A DNA stretch of 64,000 nucleotides from Deferribacterales bacterium (GCA_050251875.1 JBFWMA010000002.1:422401-486400), one strand, 5' to 3'; positions 8,748 to 19,410 are shown, numbered from the stretch's first letter. Notes: generated by a model from the sequence alone, not told the origin. Numbers and translations: made by a program.

Positions 8748-9989
8748 TTGAATACAGCCCGGTTTGACATTATTGAGATCATCCAGAAAGAACTTATCAG
8801 AATCGAGTTCCAGCCTATCCTCAGTTTAAAACTTAAAAAAGCAGTCGGTGTAGAGGCTCTTTGCAGGGGCATCAACCCGAAAGACAGAACCGTTATCTCT
8901 CCCCTCACCCTTTTCGAAGAGGCGGCGAAATTCGGCGTGGTTATCGATCTGGACAGGCTTTGCAGAAAAACAGCCATGAAAGAATTCGCGAAACTGCAAA
9001 ACCACGAATCTCTTGTGCTCTTTCTTAACTTCGACGCTTCCGTTCTGGACAGCATAAAAGAGGATGAAAAATCATGCACAGTAATGTATGCGGACGAAGC
9101 GGGGCTCAATTATCACAATATAGCCGTTGAAATCCTCGAATCAAAAATAGAGAACAACAAAAAACTGGAAATAATCACGGAAAGATATTCCTCTCTGGGA
9201 ATGTTCGTTGTGCTGGACGACTTCGGCGCCCTCCACTCCAACCTGAACAGACTGGTAATATCTAAACCCGATATCATCAAAATAGACAGAAGCCTGATCC
9301 ACAACGTCAGCCAGAGCTATTATCAGCAGTCCATCATCAAGTCCATCATCGATCTGGGCAAGAAGATAGGCTCGCTCACGCTGGCGGAGGGAGTTGAGAC
9401 CAAAGAGGATGTTCTGAAGTGCCACGAGCTTGGCGCTGACCTGTTTCAGGGCTTTTTCTTCTCCAGACCCCAGAACATAGAATGTCTGTCCACCATCTGC
9501 TGTAAAACTCTCATGGAAGAGATCACATACGAAATCAAAGATTACATGGCTGTCAACCTTGAACAGAAAAGGTTCCAATACAATAACTTCGAAAATATCC
9601 TGAATAAAATCATGGACGAGATCGCCGCTTCTCCCGTGGAATACTACAACGGGATAATGGAGAAATCCGTCATTACTTACAAAGATATAGAATGTCTTTA
9701 CATTCTGGATGAGTTCGGAGTGCAGGTTGGCGACACCATCTGCGGGTTCGACATCCCGGAGAACGAGCACAGCCTCTTTCACCCGTCCAGATCCGGCGCA
9801 GACCACTCTCTGAAAGAATATTTTTACTTCATAAACAGCTTACAGTTAACATCATATTACACAGATCCGTACATCTCTCTGGCAACGGGGATGCTTTGCA
9901 GAACTATGGCGAAAAAGTTTGAAAACGGGCAGAACGCCTACATTCTCTGTATCGACTTTATCGACAGCAGAGCCTGCAACCTCCTCTAA
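8748..9989 (+). CDS. EAL-domain c-di-GMP phosphodiesterase with YkuI_C-like domain, paralog 2
   Basis: GVEALCRG, LDDFGA, IKID, AEGVE, QGF; GGAG before TTG 8748. Confidence 0.88.
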   Translation: MNTARFDIIEIIQKELIRIEFQPILSLKLKKAVGVEALCRGINPKDRTVISPLTLFEEAAKFGVVIDLDRLCRKTAMKEFAKLQNHESLVLFLNFDASVLDSIKEDEKSCTVMYADEAGLNYHNIAVEILESKIENNKKLEIITERYSSLGMFVVLDDFGALHSNLNRLVISKPDIIKIDRSLIHNVSQSYYQQSIIKSIIDLGKKIGSLTLAEGVETKEDVLKCHELGADLFQGFFFSRPQNIECLSTICCKTLMEEITYEIKDYMAVNLEQKRFQYNNFENILNKIMDEIAASPVEYYNGIMEKSVITYKDIECLYILDEFGVQVGDTICGFDIPENEHSLFHPSRSGADHSLKEYFYFINSLQLTSYYTDPYISLATGMLCRTMAKKFENGQNAYILCIDFIDSRACNLL

Positions 9990-11377
9990 AGAACCGGACT
10001 GAGCGTCCTGCACACACCCTCGAAAACTCTGATAAAGAACTGTCTGTTCTTCACATATTCATAGGGTATTTTTTCTGAAGCCTCGATATATCTCTCTACC
10101 ATCTCAGAAACGTCAGAGGCGAATTTATCCGAATATATCATAAGGTTAAGCTCAAAATTCAGCTTAAAGCTCCTGGCGTCCATGTTGGACGAGCCAATGG
10201 TGACCCATCTGCCGTCCAGCAGAATCATCTTTGCGTGGAGCATGGTTCCTTTCGTTTCATAAATCTCTACACCGGAAGCGATAAGCTCTTCGTAATATGA
10301 CCTTCCGGCGGCGGCGGCAAAGGGATGGTTATTCTTGCCCGGAACGATTATCCGCACCCTAAGCCCCTGCATGGCGGTGTTTTTCAGAGTCTCCATGATG
10401 GGCTGGTTAGGCACCAGATAAGGAGTGATGATGTCTATGCTCTTCTCTGCCCTGTTTATGGCGGCAAAGATGGAGTCATAAATCATAGGCGTGGTCTGAT
10501 GCGGTCCGGATGGAATCACATGCACCGTCTGGTCTCCGGACGACTGCTCAGCACCTTCCGCCAGCATTTCGGAGATGTCTCCGCCTCTGGCGAACATCCA
10601 GTCTTCGGCGAAATAACAGGCGACAGCGTTCACGGCGTCACCCTCCAGCCTCAGGTGGGCGTCCGACCATTTAGATGTCTCGGCGTATTCATCACCTATA
10701 TTCATTCCGCCTGTATAAGCGCATTTGCCGTCTATAACGGCTATCTTTCTGTGATTGCGGAAATTAACACGGGAAGCAGTTCTGATGCCGAACGGAGAGT
10801 GAAACACAGCCGTCTGCGCTCCAGCCCTTCTCAGCCTTTTCATCAGCCCGCTGAACATCAGCCCCATAGAGCCCCATCCGTCCACCATGAAAAATACGCT
10901 GACGCCCTCTTCCGCCTTCTTAACCAGCAGATCGGCTATCCTTCTGCCGGTTTTATCGTTTCTATACAGGTAATATTCCATCAGAATATATTTCTGAGCG
11001 TTTTTAATGTCTCTTTCCAGCAAAGAATATTTTTCAGAAGCATCGGTTATCAGCCGGAGATTTCTGCAAAGCACAGGCTGCATACCGGTCACCTGCGTGA
11101 TTATAGCGCCCATCTTTCCGCCGTTATATTCAGCGTTCCCCGCCTGTTTATAATCGAGAAAAGGATAGCGCTTCATCCTTTTTTCCACTATGTTGCGCAG
11201 TCTGGGGTTGCCGAATATCAGATATGCCAGAGTGCCTATAACGGGAAAGAATATCACCGCCATCACCCACGAGAAATTCGCCCTCGCCTCTCTCCTGCCC
11301 GACAGGATTATCAGCACCAGTATTAGCGAGAAAACCTCTACAACATAGGTCAGGATAAGGTTTATGCTGTCTGTCAT
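9986..11377 (-). CDS. cls: Cardiolipin synthase
   Basis: Two N-terminal TM helices; two HKD motifs (NHRKIAVID, LHAKMILLD). Confidence 0.92.
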   Translation of the reverse strand: MTDSINLILTYVVEVFSLILVLIILSGRREARANFSWVMAVIFFPVIGTLAYLIFGNPRLRNIVEKRMKRYPFLDYKQAGNAEYNGGKMGAIITQVTGMQPVLCRNLRLITDASEKYSLLERDIKNAQKYILMEYYLYRNDKTGRRIADLLVKKAEEGVSVFFMVDGWGSMGLMFSGLMKRLRRAGAQTAVFHSPFGIRTASRVNFRNHRKIAVIDGKCAYTGGMNIGDEYAETSKWSDAHLRLEGDAVNAVACYFAEDWMFARGGDISEMLAEGAEQSSGDQTVHVIPSGPHQTTPMIYDSIFAAINRAEKSIDIITPYLVPNQPIMETLKNTAMQGLRVRIIVPGKNNHPFAAAAGRSYYEELIASGVEIYETKGTMLHAKMILLDGRWVTIGSSNMDARSFKLNFELNLMIYSDKFASDVSEMVERYIEASEKIPYEYVKNRQFFIRVFEGVCRTLSPVL

Positions 11378-12288
11378 TTAAAATTTTTCCCCTGATAGAG
11401 TCCGTGCTCACTCATATATGCCTCCAGTCCGGCAGAAAAGGCGCTCTTGTTCTCCGGCCACATAGGGGCTATCAGCGTGTCTCCGGCGGCGTCTCCGACT
11501 ATTCTGGCAACGACCATATCCGGAGCGAGATAAGTAATCGCTTCCGCCAGCACAGAGGTATAATCCATCTCGCTCAGAAGCATTATTTTACCCGCCAAAT
11601 ACATCTCGGACATCTGTGTTCCCTTCACTATATGAAGGTGGTGGAATTTCACCGAATGAACGCCGAGCTCACTGCACAGCTTAACAGAGTTTAGCATATC
11701 TTCTCTGGTGTCGCCCGGAAGTCCGAATATGATATGGGCGCATGTTTTTATGCCGAATCTGTGAGTCATCCGGACGGCGTTCACAAACTCGTCTTTGGTG
11801 TGTCCTCTGTTGATTATCTTCAGAGTGCTGTCGTTGGCGGACTGAAGCCCGTATTCCAGCATCACGTCATATTTTTTATTCAGCTCGGCAAAATACGCCA
11901 GCTTCTCTTCGTCTATTACATCGGGTCTGGTGCCGATGTACACGGCGACTATCCCGTCATCTATCAGAGCCGCCTCAACCCTTTTTCTGATGGTCTCCAG
12001 ATCGGAATAGGTGTTGGAATATGACTGAAAATATATGATGAATTTTTCTATCCCTTTTGACCTCAGTTTTGAAATCTGCGAAATAGCCTGTTCCCTGATG
12101 CCGTTTTCAGCTTTCTGAGTAAAAGAGTCCACGTTGCAGTAGATGCATCCGCCAACTCCCTTATTCCCGTCACGGTTTGGACATGTAAAACCAGCGTCTA
12201 TGGATACTTTGCGCACCTTAGCGTTATATTGATTTTTAAGATAACTGTTAAGCGAATTATAAAAGCCTGTGGCTGCGTTATTTTTCAT
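11374..12288 (-). CDS. TIGR01212-family radical SAM protein (YhcC-like)
   Basis: GFTCPNRDG..GGCIYC, GTRPD, INRGH signatures. Confidence 0.9.
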   Translation of the reverse strand: MKNNAATGFYNSLNSYLKNQYNAKVRKVSIDAGFTCPNRDGNKGVGGCIYCNVDSFTQKAENGIREQAISQISKLRSKGIEKFIIYFQSYSNTYSDLETIRKRVEAALIDDGIVAVYIGTRPDVIDEEKLAYFAELNKKYDVMLEYGLQSANDSTLKIINRGHTKDEFVNAVRMTHRFGIKTCAHIIFGLPGDTREDMLNSVKLCSELGVHSVKFHHLHIVKGTQMSEMYLAGKIMLLSEMDYTSVLAEAITYLAPDMVVARIVGDAAGDTLIAPMWPENKSAFSAGLEAYMSEHGLYQGKNFK

Positions 12289-12329
12289 AAATATTCTTCT
12301 TTACTTTTTATTAGGAGACTATATATAAC

Positions 12330-12351
12330 ATACTATCATTAATGATAGTAT
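12330..12351. promoter_or_regulatory. Perfect 22-bp palindrome, putative operator
   Basis: ATACTATCATT|AATGATAGTAT in a divergent intergenic region. Confidence 0.6.
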
Positions 12352-12385
12352 CTGTTAATATAATATGCACACCCGTGGAGAAATA

Positions 12386-14104
12386 ATGCCTGCGTCTTAT
12401 TCTATTGTTACATTTATTTTCTTTCTTTTGGCAGTACAAATTATCTCTTCTGCCGCTTTCACGATCTATTACCTGAGACAAAAGAACAAGAACGCTGACT
12501 CAGCCAAAAAACTCGCAGCGGCAAATGTTAAGATTCAACAATATCTTAACGCTGTCGATGCCTCCAACATGATGTGCATATCATCCTCTGACGGAATAAT
12601 GAAATATATAAACAAATCATATCTGGACGTGGTGGGCTTCAGCTTTGACGAAATAGTCGGCAACAGATTCGAGACTCTGGCGCACCCCGACACAGACATG
12701 GGCGTTTATGAAAAACTTTTCGAAACTCTACAGCAGGGCAACATATGGTCCGGAACCATGCTGAACAAAACCAAGAAAGGCGGAACCGTCTATCTGGAAA
12801 CCTCAGTGGTGCCTATCAAGGATGAAAACGGCAAGGTCATAGAATATCTCTCCATCAGAAAAGACATCACTCCGCTGATAAACCAGCAGGATCAAATCAA
12901 AAAACAATATACCGACCCGCTCACAGGATTTCCCAACAGAACCAAAATGAGACGTGATCTCGAAGAGATAGAAAATCCGGCGCTCGCCATAATAAACATA
13001 GACGGATTCAGCACCATCAACGCCTATTACGGTCTGGAAACAGGTGACGAGGTGCTGGTAAAATTCGCTAACCTTGTCCGCTCAAAAATCCCGAACACCA
13101 TGACAACATACCGTCTGAGCGGCGATGAGTTCGCCATAGTCGCCGGATCCGTAACGGATATAGATGATTTCAACCAGTTCATGAGAAACATGCTCCACGA
13201 GATTACAGAAACCACCTTCTTCAGCCATGATAATGAAATGATGCTGAACCTCACAGCCGGAACGGCTATCGGCGGAGATAATCTTCTCATCAAGGCGGGA
13301 ATGGCTATCAAACACGCCAGGCTGAACAAAAAGAACCTCATGACCTATTCCGATGTTCAGATATTCACCGAAAAGCTGAAAGACACGGTTCAGTATTCCA
13401 CAGCCCTCAGAACAGCCGTGAAAGAGAGCAGAGTCGTCCCCCACTTCCAGCCCATAGCGGACGCTAAAAAAGGCACAGTGTATAAATATGAGGCTCTCAT
13501 GCGTATTCAGGACGACAAGGGCGGTTTTCTGCCTCCACTTTGCTTTTTGGAGCTTTCCAAACAGCTTAAACTTTATAACGGACTGTCATCCCTCATGGTG
13601 CAGAAATCCATAGAAAAGATAATAGACAACGACATTCACATCACCATCAACTTCGACAAAGAGGACGTGGTGAGTAAAAAGATACACAACATACTCTTCA
13701 CCCTCATCCGTAAGCACAACCTTCAGGGCAGAATCACCATAGAGATCACCGAATCCGAAGGAATGGACAACCTCAGCGAGCTGGCGGCGTTTATCAGCAG
13801 CGCCAAAAACGAGGGATGCCTGATAGCCATAGACGACTTCGGCACCGGCTATTCGAACTTCATGTATATACTCTCCCTCCAGCCGGATTATCTGAAAATA
13901 GACGGATCCATCACCCGCCAGATACTGGAATCATCCCGTGCGAGACTGCTCACAGAGACCATCGTCTCCATGTGCAGACGGGCGAATATAAAAACCATAG
14001 CGGAGTTTGTATCATCAGAAGAGATATATCAGGCGGTGAAAGAGATAGGCGTGGACTATGTTCAGGGCTATCATTTCGGAAAACCTGAACAGCATTTTCA
14101 ATAA
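12386..14104 (+). CDS. TM-PAS-GGDEF-EAL diguanylate cyclase/phosphodiesterase
   Basis: PAS/PAC, DPLTGFPNR, RLSGDEF, YEALMR, DDFGTGYS; GGAG RBS. Confidence 0.92.
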   Translation: MPASYSIVTFIFFLLAVQIISSAAFTIYYLRQKNKNADSAKKLAAANVKIQQYLNAVDASNMMCISSSDGIMKYINKSYLDVVGFSFDEIVGNRFETLAHPDTDMGVYEKLFETLQQGNIWSGTMLNKTKKGGTVYLETSVVPIKDENGKVIEYLSIRKDITPLINQQDQIKKQYTDPLTGFPNRTKMRRDLEEIENPALAIINIDGFSTINAYYGLETGDEVLVKFANLVRSKIPNTMTTYRLSGDEFAIVAGSVTDIDDFNQFMRNMLHEITETTFFSHDNEMMLNLTAGTAIGGDNLLIKAGMAIKHARLNKKNLMTYSDVQIFTEKLKDTVQYSTALRTAVKESRVVPHFQPIADAKKGTVYKYEALMRIQDDKGGFLPPLCFLELSKQLKLYNGLSSLMVQKSIEKIIDNDIHITINFDKEDVVSKKIHNILFTLIRKHNLQGRITIEITESEGMDNLSELAAFISSAKNEGCLIAIDDFGTGYSNFMYILSLQPDYLKIDGSITRQILESSRARLLTETIVSMCRRANIKTIAEFVSSEEIYQAVKEIGVDYVQGYHFGKPEQHFQ

Positions 14105-14187
14105 TTTCAATTAAAACGCTTCCTTTTCTTGTATTTCTCAGCCGGATGATTTAAATTATTTTCACATACCACTAAACGAGGATTGTC

Positions 14188-14370
14188 ATGATAAAAAAAG
14201 AACTTCTCGATGTTCTCGCATGCCCTAAATGCAAAGGCGCCGTAAGAGTCTCAAAGAACGAGGAGTACATAGTCTGCGATTCGTGCAGACTGCTGTACGA
14301 GATCAGAGAAGACATTCCTGTGATGCTGATGGATGAGGCAAAACAGGTAGAAGACACCAGCGGATACTAA
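14188..14370 (+). CDS. Trm112-family protein
   Basis: LLDVLACPKCKG...YEIREDIPVML signature. Confidence 0.9.
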   Translation: MIKKELLDVLACPKCKGAVRVSKNEEYIVCDSCRLLYEIREDIPVMLMDEAKQVEDTSGY

Positions 14371-14373
14371 GAT

Positions 14374-15894
14374 ATGGAAATCCTATCATCTGCCCAGATG
14401 TCGGCAGCGGATGCCTATACCATAAACGAGCTGGGGATTCCCTCCGCCGTGCTGATGGAGAACGCCGCCTCGTCTTTCGTTTCTCACCTTTTGGAAAAAT
14501 ATCCGGACATCTCGTCCGCCGCTGTGGCGGTGGGAGCAGGAAACAACGGCGGTGACGGACTGGCTGTCGCCCGTCTGCTGGACAACGCAGGCATACACAC
14601 CGACATTTACCTCGCCTGCCCAGCGGAAAAGCTGAAAGGCGATGCCCTTATCAATTTCAATATACTCACAAAATATCCCGTAAATATCTTCACCGTGGAA
14701 GAGGACGACATCCCCGTGTTCGATAATTACGACATCACCATAGACGCTCTCTTCGGCACAGGGCTTTCACGCCCCCTCACCGGATTTTACGAAGAGCTGG
14801 TAAACAGCATAAACCTGACCTCAGCGCTCATAGCCTCTGTTGATATCCCCAGCGGTCTCTCCGGCGACACATGGGAGATAATCGGAACATGCGTGGACGC
14901 TGATCTGACAGTCACATTCGGCAGACCGAAATATCCCCACATAATGTTCCCCGCCAGAAAAATGTGCGGAGAAGTGGCTGTGGCGGACATCTCCATACCG
15001 GACTTTGCCGTGGACACAGTGGGTTGCGATACTTTTCTCCTCACTCCGGACAGTCTCCCTCTGATGACAGAGAGAGAGCCCGACAGCCACAAAGGACACT
15101 TCGGACACGCCGTGATAATAGGCGGCAGCGAAGGAAAATCCGGAGCGGCTTTCATGGCTTCCATGTCCTGCGCCAGAACAGGCGCCGGGCTCACCACTCT
15201 GGCTGTTCCCGGCGGGCTGATATCCGCCGCCGAATCCGTTAACCCGGAGATAATGTCTGTCGCCGTGGGTACTGGCACGTCTTTTGACATGTCCGACACT
15301 GACAAAATATTATCATTTCTGAAAGGAAAGACAGCAGCCGCCATAGGCATGGGGCTCGGCACAGACGAACAGACCGGTCTGTTTCTGAACTATCTGATAA
15401 AAAACACCAACATACCCGTTGTAATAGACGCTGACGGAATCAATCTGCTCAGCAGAGACATGCTGCCCATGCTGAAAGGCAGAGGGATTATCACTCCTCA
15501 CATAGGCGAGTTCGCCCGCCTGATGGACACAGACACAGCGGATGTGATGAAAAACCGTATGGAACTCGCCAGATGTATGGCAGTGCAGTACGGTATCATA
15601 GTGGTGCAGAAAAGCGCCGACACCGTGATAGCCCTTCCCAACGGACGGATATTCATAGACATCTCAGGCACGCCCGCCCTGTCGAAAGGCGGCAGCGGAG
15701 ACTGTCTGACAGGGATAATCACAGGATTCATCTCTCAGGGATTCGATCTGGATTTCGCCTGCCTTCTCGGGTGCTATACCCTCGGCAGAACAGCGGAGAT
15801 CGTCTCCGCAGAAATGAACGAGCGCTCTGTAATGACAACAGATATAATAAATAACATTCACAAGACATTAGATGAACTTGAAGAAAACAGTTAA
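14374..15894 (+). CDS. nnr: Bifunctional NAD(P)H-hydrate epimerase/dehydratase
   Basis: LMENAA, GNNGGDG, DALFGTG, DIPSG (YjeF_N); HKG.FG, DADG, TPH.GEF, GGSGD (YjeF_C). Confidence 0.93.
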   Translation: MEILSSAQMSAADAYTINELGIPSAVLMENAASSFVSHLLEKYPDISSAAVAVGAGNNGGDGLAVARLLDNAGIHTDIYLACPAEKLKGDALINFNILTKYPVNIFTVEEDDIPVFDNYDITIDALFGTGLSRPLTGFYEELVNSINLTSALIASVDIPSGLSGDTWEIIGTCVDADLTVTFGRPKYPHIMFPARKMCGEVAVADISIPDFAVDTVGCDTFLLTPDSLPLMTEREPDSHKGHFGHAVIIGGSEGKSGAAFMASMSCARTGAGLTTLAVPGGLISAAESVNPEIMSVAVGTGTSFDMSDTDKILSFLKGKTAAAIGMGLGTDEQTGLFLNYLIKNTNIPVVIDADGINLLSRDMLPMLKGRGIITPHIGEFARLMDTDTADVMKNRMELARCMAVQYGIIVVQKSADTVIALPNGRIFIDISGTPALSKGGSGDCLTGIITGFISQGFDLDFACLLGCYTLGRTAEIVSAEMNERSVMTTDIINNIHKTLDELEENS

Positions 15895-16291
15895 GAGCGA
15901 GGAAGAGACAAGGGAGTTCGCCTTCGAAACGGCGGAAACGCTCAGAGGCAGTGTGGTTCTGATGAACGGCAATCTGGGCGCCGGAAAAACATTCTTCGTA
16001 AAATGCGTGGCAGAATATTTTGAATGCGGAGAGGTATCCAGCCCTACTTTCACCCTGCACCAGCGGTATGATGGGAAGATAACCATCAGACATTTCGACC
16101 TGTACCGTCTGGAGAGCTTCGCCGAGCTGGAGAACATCGACTTTTTCGGTATTATAGAGAGCGGCGACACATGCTTTGTTGAATGGGCAGATAAATTTAA
16201 TCTGCATGATGAGCTTGAAAAATATATCGAAATCACTATAACTGTTATTAACAAAAACGAGCGTATTATTGAAATGGTGACAAAAGAATGA
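15872..16291 (+). CDS. tsaE: tRNA t6A biosynthesis ATPase TsaE
   Basis: GNLGAGKT, VSSPTF, HFDLYRL, VEW. Confidence 0.93.
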   Translation: MNLKKTVKSEEETREFAFETAETLRGSVVLMNGNLGAGKTFFVKCVAEYFECGEVSSPTFTLHQRYDGKITIRHFDLYRLESFAELENIDFFGIIESGDTCFVEWADKFNLHDELEKYIEITITVINKNERIIEMVTKE

Positions 16292-16521
16292 TGAAACCCG
16301 AAATTTGCCCCTATTGCGGCGAGAGAAGGCTGGAAGAGCTTCAGCCCACAGAAATTATGGTAGATGAAATGCTCTGGACCATATACCACTATGAGTGCCA
16401 GTTCTGCACAGAGGTTTTTGACAAGATAATAACCGAAGGCGAGCTCCAGTACGACATAATGGCGGACGGCGAAGACTACGACATAAACGAGGATGACGGT
16501 GAAAAAAAATTCAGGAACTGA
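16288..16521 (+). CDS. Small acidic Zn-ribbon hypothetical protein
   Basis: CPYC...CQFC pair; ATGA overlap with tsaE. Confidence 0.65.
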   Translation: MMKPEICPYCGERRLEELQPTEIMVDEMLWTIYHYECQFCTEVFDKIITEGELQYDIMADGEDYDINEDDGEKKFRN

Positions 16522-16771
16522 TCTCGTGGAAAGCATGACCGATGATGAAATGCAGAGAGTCATGCTCCTTAAGAGCGGACTGGAGGATCTCAATCTTGTC
16601 CTTCAGGAGATAGAGGATACATACCTGAAACTCGCCGAGGTGGGCATCACCGAGGCGGAGAAGAAAAATCAGCGACTCAGACTCTTTGCTCTGGAAAAAT
16701 ATCTGTCCGAGCTGAACACCAAGGTGAACACAGCGCTGGGCAGCGAAAGCGACAGACAAAAACTTTCTTAA
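16493..16771 (+). CDS. Hypothetical helical protein
   Basis: Fills the gap before valS; coding-like codon usage; start uncertain. Confidence 0.6.
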   Translation: MTVKKNSGTDLVESMTDDEMQRVMLLKSGLEDLNLVLQEIEDTYLKLAEVGITEAEKKNQRLRLFALEKYLSELNTKVNTALGSESDRQKLS

Positions 16772-16794
16772 ATAATCACGGAGACTTAAGCCAC

Positions 16795-19410
16795 ATGCAG
16801 AAAGAATATCCCACCCGAATAAATCCCGCGGATTTTGAATCTGAGCTATATAAAGAATGGACAGAGGCGAAGTATTTTCACGCTGACGAACACAGCAAAA
16901 AATCGCCCTATTCCATAGTCATCCCGCCCCCCAACGTCACCGGATCACTCCACATGGGACACGCCCTGAACAACACATTACAGGATATTATGATCCGCTT
17001 TCACAAGCTGAACGGATATGAAACCCTCTGGATGCCCGGCACAGACCATGCTGGTATAGCAACTCAGAACGTGGTGGAAAAACTGCTCGCCTCCGAAGGC
17101 ACCAGCCGTCATGATCTCGGACGTGAAAAATTCATCGAAAGAGTGTGGCAGTGGAAAGAACAGTCCGGCGGAACCATCATCAACCAGCTGAAAAGGCTGG
17201 GATGCGCCTGCGACTGGGACAGAGAGCGCTTCACCATGGACGAGGGACTGAGCCGTGCCGTGCGCAAGGTTTTCGTGTCTCTGTATAAAGAAGGACTCAT
17301 CTACCGCTCCGACTATATAGTTAACTGGTGTCCCAGATGCCATACAGCCCTGTCTGATCTCGAAGTGGAGCACGAAGAGATAGACGGCGCTTTTTACCAC
17401 ATCCATTACCCCGTGAAGGGAACAGATATAAAACTGGAAGTAGCGACCACTCGTCCCGAAACAATGCTGGGCGATACAGCCGTTGCCGTTAACCCCGCTG
17501 ACGAGCGCTATTCCCACCTGATAGGCAAAACAGTCATTCTGCCCATACTCAACCGTGAGATTCCCATCATCGGCGATGAATACGTTGATATGGATTTCGG
17601 AACAGGCTGTCTGAAGGTGACTCCCGCCCACGACCCCAACGACTTCCTGCTGGGGATCAAGCACGGTCTGGAGAACATCAGCATGATGGACGAAAACGCC
17701 GTGGTAAACGAGAACGGCGGAGAGTTCAAAGGTCTGGACAGGTTCGAAGCCAGAAAAGCCGTTGTGACAAAGCTCGCCGAGCTCGGTCTCTTCGTGGCGA
17801 AAAAGACTCACCAGCACAAGGTAGGTCACTGCTACAGATGCAAAACCGTCATCGAGCCCAGAATCAGCCTCCAGTGGTTTCTGAAGATAAAAGGCATGTC
17901 AGATGAGGCGGTGAAAGCCGTTGAGTCCGGACAGATAGTTATAAAACCCGAAACATGGCACAAAACATTCTATAACTGGATGAACGACATCCGTGACTGG
18001 TGCATCAGCCGTCAGATATGGTGGGGACACAGAATCCCCGCATGGTACTGCAAATGCGGCGAGATCATCGTTGAGGAGGAGACTCCTGAAAAATGCCCCA
18101 GATGCGGCGGCACGCACCTTGAGCAGGAGACAGACGTTCTGGACACTTGGTTCTCATCCGGTCTGTGGCCTTTCACCACACAGGGATGGCCCGAGAACAC
18201 AGCCACACTGCAAAAATTCTATCCCACATCAACACTGATTACAGGATTCGACATCCTCTTCTTCTGGGTCGCCAGAATGATGATGTTCGGTCTGAAATTC
18301 ATGGATAAAGAACCCTTTAAGGAAGTTTATCTCCACGCCCTCATCCGCGACAAAGACGGGCAGAAGATGAGCAAATCCAAAGGCAACGTCATAGACCCCC
18401 TGACAATGGTGGACAAATACGGCGCTGACGCTTTCCGCTTCACCCTCGCCGCCTTCGCCGCTCAGGGCAGAGACATCAAGCTGGACGAGGCGAGAATCGA
18501 CGGCTACCGCAACTTCGTAAACAAAATATGGAACGCCTCACGTTTCATCCTGACAGGATACAACGGACAGAAACTCAGCTCTGAGACAAAGCTCGCTCTG
18601 GAGGACAAATGGATACTCCAGAACTTGAAAGACACAGAGGAGAAAGTCAGCAAAGCAATCAAAAACTATGACTTCAACGAAGCGGCTCTGGCTGTCTATC
18701 ATTTCTTCTGGCATAAATTCTGCGACTGGTACATAGAGCTTATCAAACCCAGAATCTATGATGACGCTAAAAAAGATGACGCATACGCAGTGGCTTCATA
18801 CGTCATCGAAAAATCGCTGATTCTGATGCACCCGTTCATGCCGTTCGTCACAGAATATATCTACAGACTGGTAACGGAAAAAGAATCCATCATGCTCGCC
18901 GAGTGGGAAAAATTCGGCTTCTCATACGATGAGGAGATGGTGGAGATGGAAGAAATAGTCGAGCTGATCAGCCTTATCAGAAACATCAGAGGCGAATACA
19001 ACGTCTCCATGTCTAAACAGCTCACAGCCTATTTTAAAACAGACAAGGAGGTCACCAAGACCGCCTTCACCAAACATAAAGAACTGGTAAAAAATCTGGC
19101 GAGGCTGGAGACTCTGGAGATGACAGAGACAGCGCCCGAAAAATGCTCCGCCAACATAGCCCCCGGATTCGAGGTTTACGTTTCTCTGGAGGGGCTTGTG
19201 GACTTTCAGGCGGAGATAGCCAAGCTGGAAAAAGAACAGGTAAAACTGGAAAAAGACTACAATATCTTCGGCGGCAAACTGAAAAACGATAACTATCTCA
19301 AAAACGCCCGCCCCGAAGTTATAGAGAAAGATAAAGAGAAATTCGCTGAAATATGCGATAAGCTGGACAAGGTAAAAGAAACCATCGGGAGGCTTAAAGA
19401 GTCATGCTGA
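16795..19410 (+). CDS. valS: Valine--tRNA ligase
   Basis: PPPNVTGSLHMGH, WCISRQIWWGH, KMSKS, C-terminal coiled coil. Confidence 0.98.
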   Translation: MQKEYPTRINPADFESELYKEWTEAKYFHADEHSKKSPYSIVIPPPNVTGSLHMGHALNNTLQDIMIRFHKLNGYETLWMPGTDHAGIATQNVVEKLLASEGTSRHDLGREKFIERVWQWKEQSGGTIINQLKRLGCACDWDRERFTMDEGLSRAVRKVFVSLYKEGLIYRSDYIVNWCPRCHTALSDLEVEHEEIDGAFYHIHYPVKGTDIKLEVATTRPETMLGDTAVAVNPADERYSHLIGKTVILPILNREIPIIGDEYVDMDFGTGCLKVTPAHDPNDFLLGIKHGLENISMMDENAVVNENGGEFKGLDRFEARKAVVTKLAELGLFVAKKTHQHKVGHCYRCKTVIEPRISLQWFLKIKGMSDEAVKAVESGQIVIKPETWHKTFYNWMNDIRDWCISRQIWWGHRIPAWYCKCGEIIVEEETPEKCPRCGGTHLEQETDVLDTWFSSGLWPFTTQGWPENTATLQKFYPTSTLITGFDILFFWVARMMMFGLKFMDKEPFKEVYLHALIRDKDGQKMSKSKGNVIDPLTMVDKYGADAFRFTLAAFAAQGRDIKLDEARIDGYRNFVNKIWNASRFILTGYNGQKLSSETKLALEDKWILQNLKDTEEKVSKAIKNYDFNEAALAVYHFFWHKFCDWYIELIKPRIYDDAKKDDAYAVASYVIEKSLILMHPFMPFVTEYIYRLVTEKESIMLAEWEKFGFSYDEEMVEMEEIVELISLIRNIRGEYNVSMSKQLTAYFKTDKEVTKTAFTKHKELVKNLARLETLEMTETAPEKCSANIAPGFEVYVSLEGLVDFQAEIAKLEKEQVKLEKDYNIFGGKLKNDNYLKNARPEVIEKDKEKFAEICDKLDKVKETIGRLKESC

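Noticed and set aside
10325..11326. 333-aa ORF on the plus strand
   Set aside because: Antisense shadow of cls; no motifs or RBS
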